Shown here in pieces: positions 48,211-56,900 of a stretch of DNA of 62,045 nucleotides. The notes under the pieces were generated by a model, which worked only from the letters and a program-made list of their open reading frames with translations, searched no databases and was not told the origin of the DNA. The position numbers and the translations under genes are program-made. Source of the stretch: a virus (Duplodnaviria > Caudoviricetes); the IMG/VR virus record IMGVR_UViG_3300042883_000146, positions 1 through 62,045 of that record; one strand, given 5' to 3'. Numbering within the stretch: the first letter of the stretch is position 1; every line of letters begins with the position of its first letter.

Positions 48211-49386
48211 TTATGGAATTAAAGTGGAAGTGGTTGTAGTAGTAGGCCAAATTGTAGTGGTGGTAGAAGTGGTTGTAACACAAGTGTTATCATTAACCAC
48301 AGTACCAAGAGCAGCTTCTAATACAGTTTCAATAGCAGCAGCAATTCCACTTACAGCTGAATTAGGAGCAGCAATAATCACCATAGAATCTTCCATGATA
48401 TAATCACCCCACTGATAAGCAGACTTGTTATATTCATTGAACTTGATGTAGTAAGTGTCATAAGTCACTCCTGAAGATACCCAAGACTCGAAGTTCTCGT
48501 TGTATCCAGCCATTCTGTAAAGATGCTTTAAGTATCCTGCTTGGTAGCTGTAGAAATTCTTCTCTAATTGAGCAATTTCAGCAGATTGACCTGAAGGGTA
48601 AGAAGCACGTTGGATGATGATAGGATCAGCAACAACGTCACAGTTATCATAAACAATAAAGTCAGCAGTAGTAGCAGGACCATTGTATACGAAAGTTCTG
48701 AAGTACATTCTATCATATTCAAAAGGGAATGCAGCAACATCACATGGCTGACCATATACAGTTAGAGGCTTTCCAGTGATACGAAGGATTGCAGAAGCAT
48801 TGTTTCCTAAACGTTCAAATGTGTAGAAAGTGTTGAAGCTAATGTTATCAGGATTGTTACCTGGAGCTTGTTGCTCTAATTTAGCAATAACGCTATCAAT
48901 GAATTGAGGAATATCAACTGAATCACAAGGATTAGCATCACAAGCACAGCAAGGAGCTTGAACAGTTACTGAACGAGTGAAACCATTGAAATACAAGGTG
49001 TCAATGTAAGAAGAATGTGCACGAAGAGTTAATGTAACTACATCACCACACTGTACATTCCAATTAGTTACATCAGTAACTTGAGTTGCAGCAGTGGGAC
49101 ATCCTTTTACTGTGTACCATTCAGTTACATTAGAATTGCAACCAGAACCTGATGGACATCCTTTAATCTTATCAGAACGTTTAGATCCTTGTAGATAAGT
49201 GTTTGTTCTACCTTGAGCTATGTAAAAATAAGGAGAAGCAGCAATATTAGCAGCTGTTGCTAAAGTATAGTCACTTCTAAAAATACCCACTTGACCTGCA
49301 GTGAGGTCTTGAGTTGAACCAGAGCTAGGAAGAGCAGTCTGTCCTACTGGAACCACGAATAACGTGGTTAATGAAAAATCAGCCAT
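48211..49386 (-). CDS. Putative auxiliary capsid / major structural protein with Thr-rich tail
   Basis: Third gene after MCP as in crAss-like phages; beta-rich; followed by a strong hairpin; tail TTTSTTTTIWPTTTTTST. Confidence 0.6.
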   Translation of the reverse strand: MADFSLTTLFVVPVGQTALPSSGSTQDLTAGQVGIFRSDYTLATAANIAASPYFYIAQGRTNTYLQGSKRSDKIKGCPSGSGCNSNVTEWYTVKGCPTAATQVTDVTNWNVQCGDVVTLTLRAHSSYIDTLYFNGFTRSVTVQAPCCACDANPCDSVDIPQFIDSVIAKLEQQAPGNNPDNISFNTFYTFERLGNNASAILRITGKPLTVYGQPCDVAAFPFEYDRMYFRTFVYNGPATTADFIVYDNCDVVADPIIIQRASYPSGQSAEIAQLEKNFYSYQAGYLKHLYRMAGYNENFESWVSSGVTYDTYYIKFNEYNKSAYQWGDYIMEDSMVIIAAPNSAVSGIAAAIETVLEAALGTVVNDNTCVTTTSTTTTIWPTTTTTSTLIP

Positions 49387-49415
49387 TTTTTATATTAATT
49401 TAATTGTTTAAAATT

Positions 49416-50147
49416 TTATTCATTTGTTTGTATCCTGTATGCTGCACTTTGTACAGCAGATTGATTCTCAGTATACATTGCAAGATTTTGAACTGTAAGA
49501 TCTAGAAGTTCATCTTCAAGATATAATTCAAGTTCGCAATTTCTATCTACTGATGGAACTCCATCAAATCCAATATATCCTGTTTTATCAATGTATGCAG
49601 GATATCGCATATACATAATGTTAATAGATGTTGGTGTAAACGTACCATCTGTAAATATGCTCATCTTATCAGTAGAAAGGTAATTGAATGTTTCTTGATA
49701 TTCAAATGATGGTTTATAGTGAACATTATTTAAAAGAAACTGTAAATCACCATGTTTAGTTAAATCATTGTTTATCCAAATCTTTCTATCCTTACATCTA
49801 CCTTTTTCTGCTATTACATAGCAATCTAAGTAGAACATGTATTTTGGTACTAGGGAATTTATATTTGCATCCCATTGATTTAATTCTACATTTTCTAATG
49901 TTAATGGAAGTGGTTGATTATTATAATTTACTACAAGACTTTGTAAATCTTCATAACGTTTCTTGAAAGCATCAAGTCCCATTCCACCCACTGTACTAAA
50001 CCCATCAACCTTTTGTTTAATTAGCTTTATCTGAGCTTCATTTAATGCTAAAATTTTATCTTCAAGATTAATTTGCTGATGTTCGTTTGTGGATAGCTTA
50101 TTTAGTTTTTGATCTATTTTATATAATAAACTATCTACTGGTATCAT
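49416..50147 (-). CDS. Putative tail ring / head-tail connector protein
   Basis: ALNEAQIKLIKQ...KRYEDLQSLV, YMRYPA, CELE motifs; synteny after MCP. Confidence 0.6.
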   Translation of the reverse strand: MIPVDSLLYKIDQKLNKLSTNEHQQINLEDKILALNEAQIKLIKQKVDGFSTVGGMGLDAFKKRYEDLQSLVVNYNNQPLPLTLENVELNQWDANINSLVPKYMFYLDCYVIAEKGRCKDRKIWINNDLTKHGDLQFLLNNVHYKPSFEYQETFNYLSTDKMSIFTDGTFTPTSINIMYMRYPAYIDKTGYIGFDGVPSVDRNCELELYLEDELLDLTVQNLAMYTENQSAVQSAAYRIQTNE

Positions 50148-50171
50148 ACTTTATATTTTTAAACTAGCTAC

Positions 50172-51140
50172 TTAAACAGCAGCTAGTTTTTTAGATTTAA
50201 CTTTTTGTTCAAGAGTGATTAACTCATCTTGATTATCATCGTCAGCAAGGAATTTGATTAAATCTTCTTCATCCTTTGCCACTTCAAACTCACCTTCATA
50301 CACTTTACCATTAGTTTTTAATCTATAGACAGAGTGAGTAATTGCTTGTTTTACAAGATCTTTAATATGGAGCAAGTTTTCTTTCATGTCAGCAAATCTG
50401 CCAAACACTTCAACAGGATTCAGTCCTTGGAATTTACCATTAGCAAATTCTGTTTGTTTAAGAACATTATCTACTAAGTTATATACCACTTCTTCTTTAG
50501 TATCATCTGTAACAGGTAACCCTAATAAGCGTGCCACTTTTCTTTTCTTCTCAGGACTCATTGAATCAAACTTCACAATAGCCTTATTGATTAGTTGTTT
50601 CTTCTTATAAATCACTGCGTTTTCAATCTCATCATCAGCTACATAAAATTGTGTGTCAGCTGAATATTCTCCACGTTCCCAAGCTTGGTAACTAGAAGCA
50701 ATTGTAGGATGAACACGTAACCAAGAAAAAGCTAATTCTTGAAAAGGATTAGTTAAATCGAAATAGTTATCACCATCTAGTAACTTAACAGCTTGTACGT
50801 GAAGTACATCATCTGCAGAAGTTGATAAACCATAGTTCCAAAAAGAAGAACGTGGTCCTAAATCAACACTACCTAAAGCATCTTCAAGCTTTATTTTAAG
50901 AGCTTTAACACGTTCAGTTTCTAATTCTCTTTCTAGTGGATCTTGAATTCTGCGAATATATGCAGCATTAACATCTAGTCCTGTTCTATACTGACCATCC
51001 AATTCCTTATAAGGATATTTGAATACACCTGTACCAGGAATTCTTGTCAAACCTTTTGCAGAAAGTCCTCCTTGCATTGTTTGTAATTGAGAGTTATTGT
51101 AATCTCTTTTAAGTGTGGCGATTTTTCCTATCTTGCCCAT
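50172..51140 (-). CDS. Conserved crAss-like protein downstream of MCP, function unknown
   Basis: 322 aa; YRTGLD, HPTIA; position immediately after MCP. Confidence 0.6.
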   Translation of the reverse strand: MGKIGKIATLKRDYNNSQLQTMQGGLSAKGLTRIPGTGVFKYPYKELDGQYRTGLDVNAAYIRRIQDPLERELETERVKALKIKLEDALGSVDLGPRSSFWNYGLSTSADDVLHVQAVKLLDGDNYFDLTNPFQELAFSWLRVHPTIASSYQAWERGEYSADTQFYVADDEIENAVIYKKKQLINKAIVKFDSMSPEKKRKVARLLGLPVTDDTKEEVVYNLVDNVLKQTEFANGKFQGLNPVEVFGRFADMKENLLHIKDLVKQAITHSVYRLKTNGKVYEGEFEVAKDEEDLIKFLADDDNQDELITLEQKVKSKKLAAV

Positions 51141-51170
51141 AATGTAGTTAATTTATTTTTGGTTTTATTA

Positions 51171-51323
51171 TTGCAGAGTGTTTCCATTGAAGGAAATGCA
51201 AAGAGACATGTAATCTCAGTCATCACTCTGAAAATGAGAATGTAGGCTCTCCCAGGTGGGAGGTGTGGAGAGCCCACTTCTCAGAGAAAAAGCTCATCTT
51301 AAGCGACCAGTTCTTATGAGATG
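51171..51323 (-). ncRNA. Candidate structured RNA: tRNA-like three-way junction plus two hairpins in the MCP 3' intergenic region
   Basis: Stems CAGAGTG/CACTCTG, TTTCC/GGAAA, GAGA/TCTC, TGAGAA/TTCTCA, GGCTCTCC/GGAGAGCC, CATCT/AGATG in a GC-enriched 200-bp gap. Confidence 0.55.
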
Positions 51324-51344
51324 GCAGATGAACGTATTATTGTA

Positions 51345-52898
51345 TTAGAATTGAGGGATTTCTTCAATCAAGACTGTACGAGACAAATCTTCAATAAAGA
51401 TATCACAACGATCTTTCATCCAGATTTCGTATCCTGGGAATTTGTTAGCAGAGCTCATACCTTGAGATTTTGCAAATCCTAAGTGATGACGAGTTCCATC
51501 AATATATCCCCAAGTCATAGAAGGTGCACCCTTCATTCTCACTTCTCTCATGTTATTAATCATAGAACCATCAGACATTGGAGATACATCAAATACCATA
51601 AATACTGGTGTGCTCTTTTTGTTCTGACCAAATTCTAGATTTGATTGTGGTAAATCTAATTCTTTCAAGTGAATAAGTTCAACACGACCAGTCTCACGAG
51701 TTACCATTGCATCGAATGCAAAGTTGTAAGTGATGTGTTGTCCTTCTCCTTGCATGTATCTGTTTCCAGAATCAGCCATGAATGTTAAACCTGAGTTTAA
51801 AGCATCATTCTTTAGAGCCTGCTGGAATACATCGAATCCTGCCTCATTGGTGTACATCTTTACACGTCTGTCTTTAACATCAACACGTCTGTAGAAAAGA
51901 TCCCCAAATACTGAACGAATCAAGTTAGCAGAGAATTCTCCACGATTGTATTGTACCAAGTTACCATTGTTACGCATTCTGTGGTATACACCTGCAGAGG
52001 TACGCTTAAGTTCTTGTTTAGAACCATTGGTCTTCACTGTACCTGGCTTAGACCAAATCATACGCTTCACCTTAAGTTCAAGCATAGACTTACGCATCCA
52101 GAATTCAATGAATGGTTCCCACTTAACATCATTACGTGTAAGAGGAAGTTGATTACGTCTCTGTGGAGCATACACTAGAATATCTAGAGCTTTACCAGAA
52201 GCATCAACCATCATTTTATCATCAGCCCATTCAGTGATTTTGTGCTCATAACCATATGCAGAACCTAAAGATTCAAACATAGTGATCTTCTCACCTAAAC
52301 GAGGCAATCCTAATAAATCTTGATCGAATTCACCAATAGCAGCATCAACTAGTTCTAGTTCAATACCAGTCTTTAAGAAGGTGGAACTTACAAAGTCTAC
52401 TGTTGGGTTATCAGTCACTAGTGTGAAAGAATACAAGAATCCCATATTCCAAGGCACAGGATCTTTGATCACGTAGAAACGTGGACCATACTGACGAGAA
52501 CCTACAGAGATGATAGCATTCTTAGAAAACTCGTTAGTATCCAATACTAATGAAAACTCCTGACCATCAATACCTGGTTTGGTCAACGCTAACGTTGAAT
52601 CAGGAATATCAATGATTTTAGGGAATTTGTAAGGAACTTGTACATCCCATTTCCAAGCATCACTATTATTATCAATGTAATAAGGTGTGCTCTTGTTGAT
52701 CATGTCCAAGAAATCATTACTGTACAATGAACTCTGGGTGTAAAGACTAATGATTTTCTTATCATAATCTGCAGGTTCAGTTGAGTGAAAAGACTCTAAG
52801 TGATTAGAATCAGTGAGCTTTCCAACAGCACGTTTGTCCATTGAAGCCACTCTCGCATAAGTAAAACCAGTTAAACCTGGGATTGTTTGAATTGCCAT
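51345..52898 (-). CDS. Major capsid protein (crAss-like, HK97 fold)
   Basis: 517 aa; follows portal and acidic protein; WKWDV near N-terminus, TSAGVYHRMR, YTNEAG, IFIEDLSRT C-terminal motif. Confidence 0.85.
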   Translation of the reverse strand: MAIQTIPGLTGFTYARVASMDKRAVGKLTDSNHLESFHSTEPADYDKKIISLYTQSSLYSNDFLDMINKSTPYYIDNNSDAWKWDVQVPYKFPKIIDIPDSTLALTKPGIDGQEFSLVLDTNEFSKNAIISVGSRQYGPRFYVIKDPVPWNMGFLYSFTLVTDNPTVDFVSSTFLKTGIELELVDAAIGEFDQDLLGLPRLGEKITMFESLGSAYGYEHKITEWADDKMMVDASGKALDILVYAPQRRNQLPLTRNDVKWEPFIEFWMRKSMLELKVKRMIWSKPGTVKTNGSKQELKRTSAGVYHRMRNNGNLVQYNRGEFSANLIRSVFGDLFYRRVDVKDRRVKMYTNEAGFDVFQQALKNDALNSGLTFMADSGNRYMQGEGQHITYNFAFDAMVTRETGRVELIHLKELDLPQSNLEFGQNKKSTPVFMVFDVSPMSDGSMINNMREVRMKGAPSMTWGYIDGTRHHLGFAKSQGMSSANKFPGYEIWMKDRCDIFIEDLSRTVLIEEIPQF

Positions 52899-52928
52899 TT
52901 TTTATTATTTTAAATTATTATTGATATA

Positions 52929-54182
52929 TTATAAAAACCATGAATCTGATTTTTCTGATTTATTCCCTTTAATTACACCCTTCTGTACTTGTCTTGCCAC
53001 TTCACCAAATAAGTCATTTGACTTTTTAGTAATGCCTGTTTTTTGTATAGTTGATAATGTAGGATCTTTTTCTAGAATCTTTAACAACAATGCCACCTTC
53101 ACTTTCATTTGGTGATTTTCAGGTTTTTTCATTTCTAGAATAGTTCGGTCAAAATCAGTAAGTGTCTCACCAGATGTTGTCTTATACTTATCTACTAATA
53201 GAAAATCCTGTAGTTCACTTGCTAATTTAGGATTCAATGGAATACCATCAAACTCCTTTGTTTTCAGTTTATCTTGAAGGATAGCCTGAACATTACTTAT
53301 GTATTGATTCTTAATACTTGCTTTTTGTTGCAATTCTCTTTCTGAGTTTTGCTCTAGTTGTTGAAGTTTCTGTGCTTCTTTTTTAACTAACACCTTATGA
53401 TGTTTAGTAGCAACAGTTTCAAGATCACCATAGTTTTGTAATCTTTCCACTTCAGTTTCTACATCTTCTGCATCAAAACCTTGATCAGTTAATGCTTGTT
53501 TAATCACTGCTATCTGATTCTTTTCCTGTGAAAGGTCCATATCAGAAAAATTAGCTATAGTGTTAAATGTATCGAAATACTCTTTAGGATTAACTCCTTT
53601 AACAAATATGGCATCAAATGCTTGTTGATAATCTTCACCAAATTGTCCAATGAAATTATTAACAACTTCAATAGCCCCTTTCTTTTTCTCTACTTGAAAC
53701 TTTTCTAAGAATTCTTCAGGAGTGTTTATTTGCACATCCTCATCATCATCTTCTTTGGTAAATACACCCAGTTTAAATAAATCATTTGCTAGAGCACCAA
53801 ATCTAGTCACTTCTGGTTCAGCATCATCATCATCATCAGCAGCTTCTGATGTTTTCTTTGCAACAGGAGCTTTAGTTTCTTCTTCTTCTTCCTCTTCTTC
53901 ATCATCACCCCCTGATAAGAAATCACTTATACTAGCTTTAGTTTCTTCGTCTTTATCTTCAGTGTCTACAACATCATTTCCTATACTTTTTACAGGTGCA
54001 GGTTTAGTTTTTGCAGGAGCAGGATCTTCCACTTCTTTTACAATTTTCTGAAGACCATCAGGACTACTTGTAGAAGTTTCTGGTTCATATAAATCACTTA
54101 GTAATTCAGAGTTTCCCATGCCCATTTCCATAGTGTTTTCAATACTAAATTCGAAAGAAGGGCTATTTAAATTATCAGCCAT
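52929..54182 (-). CDS. Acidic scaffold-like protein
   Basis: Highly acidic disordered N-half (DDEEEEEEE), helical C-half; between portal and MCP. Confidence 0.65.
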   Translation of the reverse strand: MADNLNSPSFEFSIENTMEMGMGNSELLSDLYEPETSTSSPDGLQKIVKEVEDPAPAKTKPAPVKSIGNDVVDTEDKDEETKASISDFLSGGDDEEEEEEEETKAPVAKKTSEAADDDDDAEPEVTRFGALANDLFKLGVFTKEDDDEDVQINTPEEFLEKFQVEKKKGAIEVVNNFIGQFGEDYQQAFDAIFVKGVNPKEYFDTFNTIANFSDMDLSQEKNQIAVIKQALTDQGFDAEDVETEVERLQNYGDLETVATKHHKVLVKKEAQKLQQLEQNSERELQQKASIKNQYISNVQAILQDKLKTKEFDGIPLNPKLASELQDFLLVDKYKTTSGETLTDFDRTILEMKKPENHQMKVKVALLLKILEKDPTLSTIQKTGITKKSNDLFGEVARQVQKGVIKGNKSEKSDSWFL

Positions 54183-54215
54183 ATGTAGTTTTTTATTATA
54201 TTTGGTTTATTAACG

Positions 54216-54246
54216 TAAAATTATGCAACATCTATGGAAATACAAA
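54216..54246 (-). promoter_or_regulatory. Bacteroidota-type promoter TTTG-N19-TAATTTTA ahead of scaffold/MCP
   Basis: Near-consensus elements with correct spacing in the intergenic gap. Confidence 0.55.
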
Positions 54247-54320
54247 GACTTATGTTACTATATACCAACTTATTCAGGATAATATAGCATTAAAGTTTTT
54301 GTATTTCTAATCAAAAATGT

Positions 54321-56900
54321 TTACTTTTTCTTTGCTCTTCCTTTAGCGTTCTCTTTAGCCACTGCTAAATCGTTTGCTTGATTCTCTCTAGCCACTTGTA
54401 GTTTCTCTCTTTCAAGTTGTAGTTTTTGAGAAGCTTGTTTGTTTTGAGAATTGATTTGAGCCATTTTCATTTCGTAATCCTTTAGTGCTTTAGTTTGGTC
54501 ATTAGCAAGTTTACCAATCTCTAATACATCTGGAACACCACTAACGTCTACATCAGATAGTGGTCCAGATTTAGATTCAGCAGCAATCAAGGCAATCTCT
54601 TTCTTATTGATTCTATCTAATTCATTTTGATAGTTTTCATTAGCAATGTCTTGATCTTTTATTTGCTGTGCTTGAGCAATTTGAGCTTGAGCAATTTGTC
54701 CTTGCTGTTCCACCTTCTGTTGTTCAAGTTGTGCTTGTTGTTGCTGCATTGCTTCTTGTTTATCTTTAAGAGATTTAAACACCTTCTTCATCTGTCTTAC
54801 AGATTTAGTAGAATACAATTCAATAACATCATATAAAGATCCACCATTCTGCATTAATGGTTGAGCAAGTTGTCTAAGTTCCTCAAACATCTTATTATCT
54901 TCAGGACGATTTGTTAAGAACACCTTTAAGTCTCTAAATTTCAAATCAGATCCATTCACTTGTACAAATGCAGATTCTCCTTCAGATGTAACGTACGATA
55001 GCGTACTCTGTGGTTTAGCACTTTCAATATAAAGAGCTGCATCAATAATAGATTGATACACTTGACCCATCACATACTCATGAGCAACAAACAGAGGCTC
55101 TGTCTGTGAATAACTTTGTTGCATGGCAGTGTTTGTACCTGTAGCAGATTCAGAGGCTGATATAGAGCCCATACGCTGTCTAGACATACCTACAAGTTCC
55201 CAACATTCATTCTTAATTTGTTGAGCTAATGTATATCGTGCTTGTATCTCTTGTGTACGTGTTAAATCAAGAGATGTAAATTGATTGAATGAACTAGGAC
55301 TCTTTAAGTTTTCAGGAGAGTCATCTATAAACACCACTCCTCTGTTACGAGCTTCCATTTCCCAAATATCAAGAGCATCTTGAGCATCTCCATCTTTAGG
55401 GATAGGGATGTGCCTAATAGACATAAGTTGCACCTTACCCACTTCTTTCTCTAATAGTTTATATAATTGGTTCATACAAACATTATATATCACTTGGAAA
55501 GGTTTCATCAAATCCACTAATGATTTTGATTCAGTATTCTTCACTTCATAGGTTATTCCTATAATAGGACAATAACTAAGTAGCTTATAAGGTTTTATGT
55601 GATAAATATCTGGTCCAATTTTAATTCCTTGATACCATTGATTAATCCATCCCCAATCTAATGAGATTTGTGTAGGAATAGTTCCACTCTTATATGTTTC
55701 ATCAACAAGTGTAGATTGTTCATTACCCATTTCATCTGTATAGATGAGTTTACCAATCTTTTTCTTAGATATCCAATAACATCTAACTACAACATACTTA
55801 TAACCAAATGAAGATACGTTAGATGTAAGTCCTAAGAAGTCTTTTAGTCCATCATTATTTTCTTTCATCTCACTCTCAATCATCATTCTTGTTTGTAACA
55901 CTAATGGATCGTATGTGTCATATGTAACAGAATCAATACCAGGAGAAACATTAGGATTACCTAGATTAGAGTCTCTAACGTTTATTAGTCCATAATCTTG
56001 CAATGAACTACGTAAGTGATCTATCTCTTCTTTTGTAAGATCTGGAACAGATTCAATTATCTCAGATAGTTCCATCACTTGCACAATACCAGCAGCATAT
56101 GCTCCTTGTGCTCTTCCTGTAGGATCTGATATATATTTTCTATCTGGTGTAGTGAGGAACCAAGTGTTCTTTGGATTAGCCACTTCTACATTAAAACCAA
56201 GCTTACTATTATCTTCGTATATGTGATAGAACTCTCTACCAGAAATAAGCATGTCTCTAAAGGCATCCTCACTCTTTTCTTTCATATTAAACTCAGCTTT
56301 CTGACATGTAAGAATGTGATTAGCCCATTTCTCTGCAACAGATGTATAGCTATCAAGTTCATCCTTCACTTCATTCATTGTCATTTGCTGAAGTTGCTCT
56401 TCATCAATCTCTTCTCCCTCTAGAGCCACCTTTTCAAGAATTTGTTTCTTGGCTTCCTGCAATACATATTCTTGAAGAATACCTGTTTTGAATTCAAGTT
56501 CTTCTGATTTAGAATCATCATCAAATGCTTTCACCCTAAATGTATCAGGACGTTTTGATATCTCTCCCACTAACTCATTCACTGGTGTAGTGATGATGGA
56601 ATACATCTTTACATATGCTGGTAAACCAAGATCTGCTGTTAGCATATCTGTAAAGCTTTTCACTTGCTCTTCTTGATAGAAATCTTCCATACGAAGAATT
56701 CCTTTCATCAAATCATAATTTTTAACAAATGTATCTCTATTCTTTATATACTCAGCGTATGCTTTGTTTGCAAAATAATCCATTGTATTCTTAATCCAAC
56801 TCTCATCCTGCTTTTCTTTGTCAGTTTTGAATTGGTCAGGAAATATGTTTAAATATGCATACCTGATGGTAGCATCTTTAGTATATCTAATTATTGCCAT
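54321..56900 (-). CDS. Portal protein
   Basis: 859 aa directly after terminase; SLVDLMKPFQ, ELVGMSRQRMG, Gln-rich C-terminal coiled coil. Confidence 0.88.
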   Translation of the reverse strand: MAIIRYTKDATIRYAYLNIFPDQFKTDKEKQDESWIKNTMDYFANKAYAEYIKNRDTFVKNYDLMKGILRMEDFYQEEQVKSFTDMLTADLGLPAYVKMYSIITTPVNELVGEISKRPDTFRVKAFDDDSKSEELEFKTGILQEYVLQEAKKQILEKVALEGEEIDEEQLQQMTMNEVKDELDSYTSVAEKWANHILTCQKAEFNMKEKSEDAFRDMLISGREFYHIYEDNSKLGFNVEVANPKNTWFLTTPDRKYISDPTGRAQGAYAAGIVQVMELSEIIESVPDLTKEEIDHLRSSLQDYGLINVRDSNLGNPNVSPGIDSVTYDTYDPLVLQTRMMIESEMKENNDGLKDFLGLTSNVSSFGYKYVVVRCYWISKKKIGKLIYTDEMGNEQSTLVDETYKSGTIPTQISLDWGWINQWYQGIKIGPDIYHIKPYKLLSYCPIIGITYEVKNTESKSLVDLMKPFQVIYNVCMNQLYKLLEKEVGKVQLMSIRHIPIPKDGDAQDALDIWEMEARNRGVVFIDDSPENLKSPSSFNQFTSLDLTRTQEIQARYTLAQQIKNECWELVGMSRQRMGSISASESATGTNTAMQQSYSQTEPLFVAHEYVMGQVYQSIIDAALYIESAKPQSTLSYVTSEGESAFVQVNGSDLKFRDLKVFLTNRPEDNKMFEELRQLAQPLMQNGGSLYDVIELYSTKSVRQMKKVFKSLKDKQEAMQQQQAQLEQQKVEQQGQIAQAQIAQAQQIKDQDIANENYQNELDRINKKEIALIAAESKSGPLSDVDVSGVPDVLEIGKLANDQTKALKDYEMKMAQINSQNKQASQKLQLEREKLQVARENQANDLAVAKENAKGRAKKK

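Noticed and set aside
51171-51230. Canonical tRNA gene
   Set aside because: No D-arm, 6-nt T-like loop, pyrimidine at the position-37 equivalent and no CCA; kept only as a tRNA-like element
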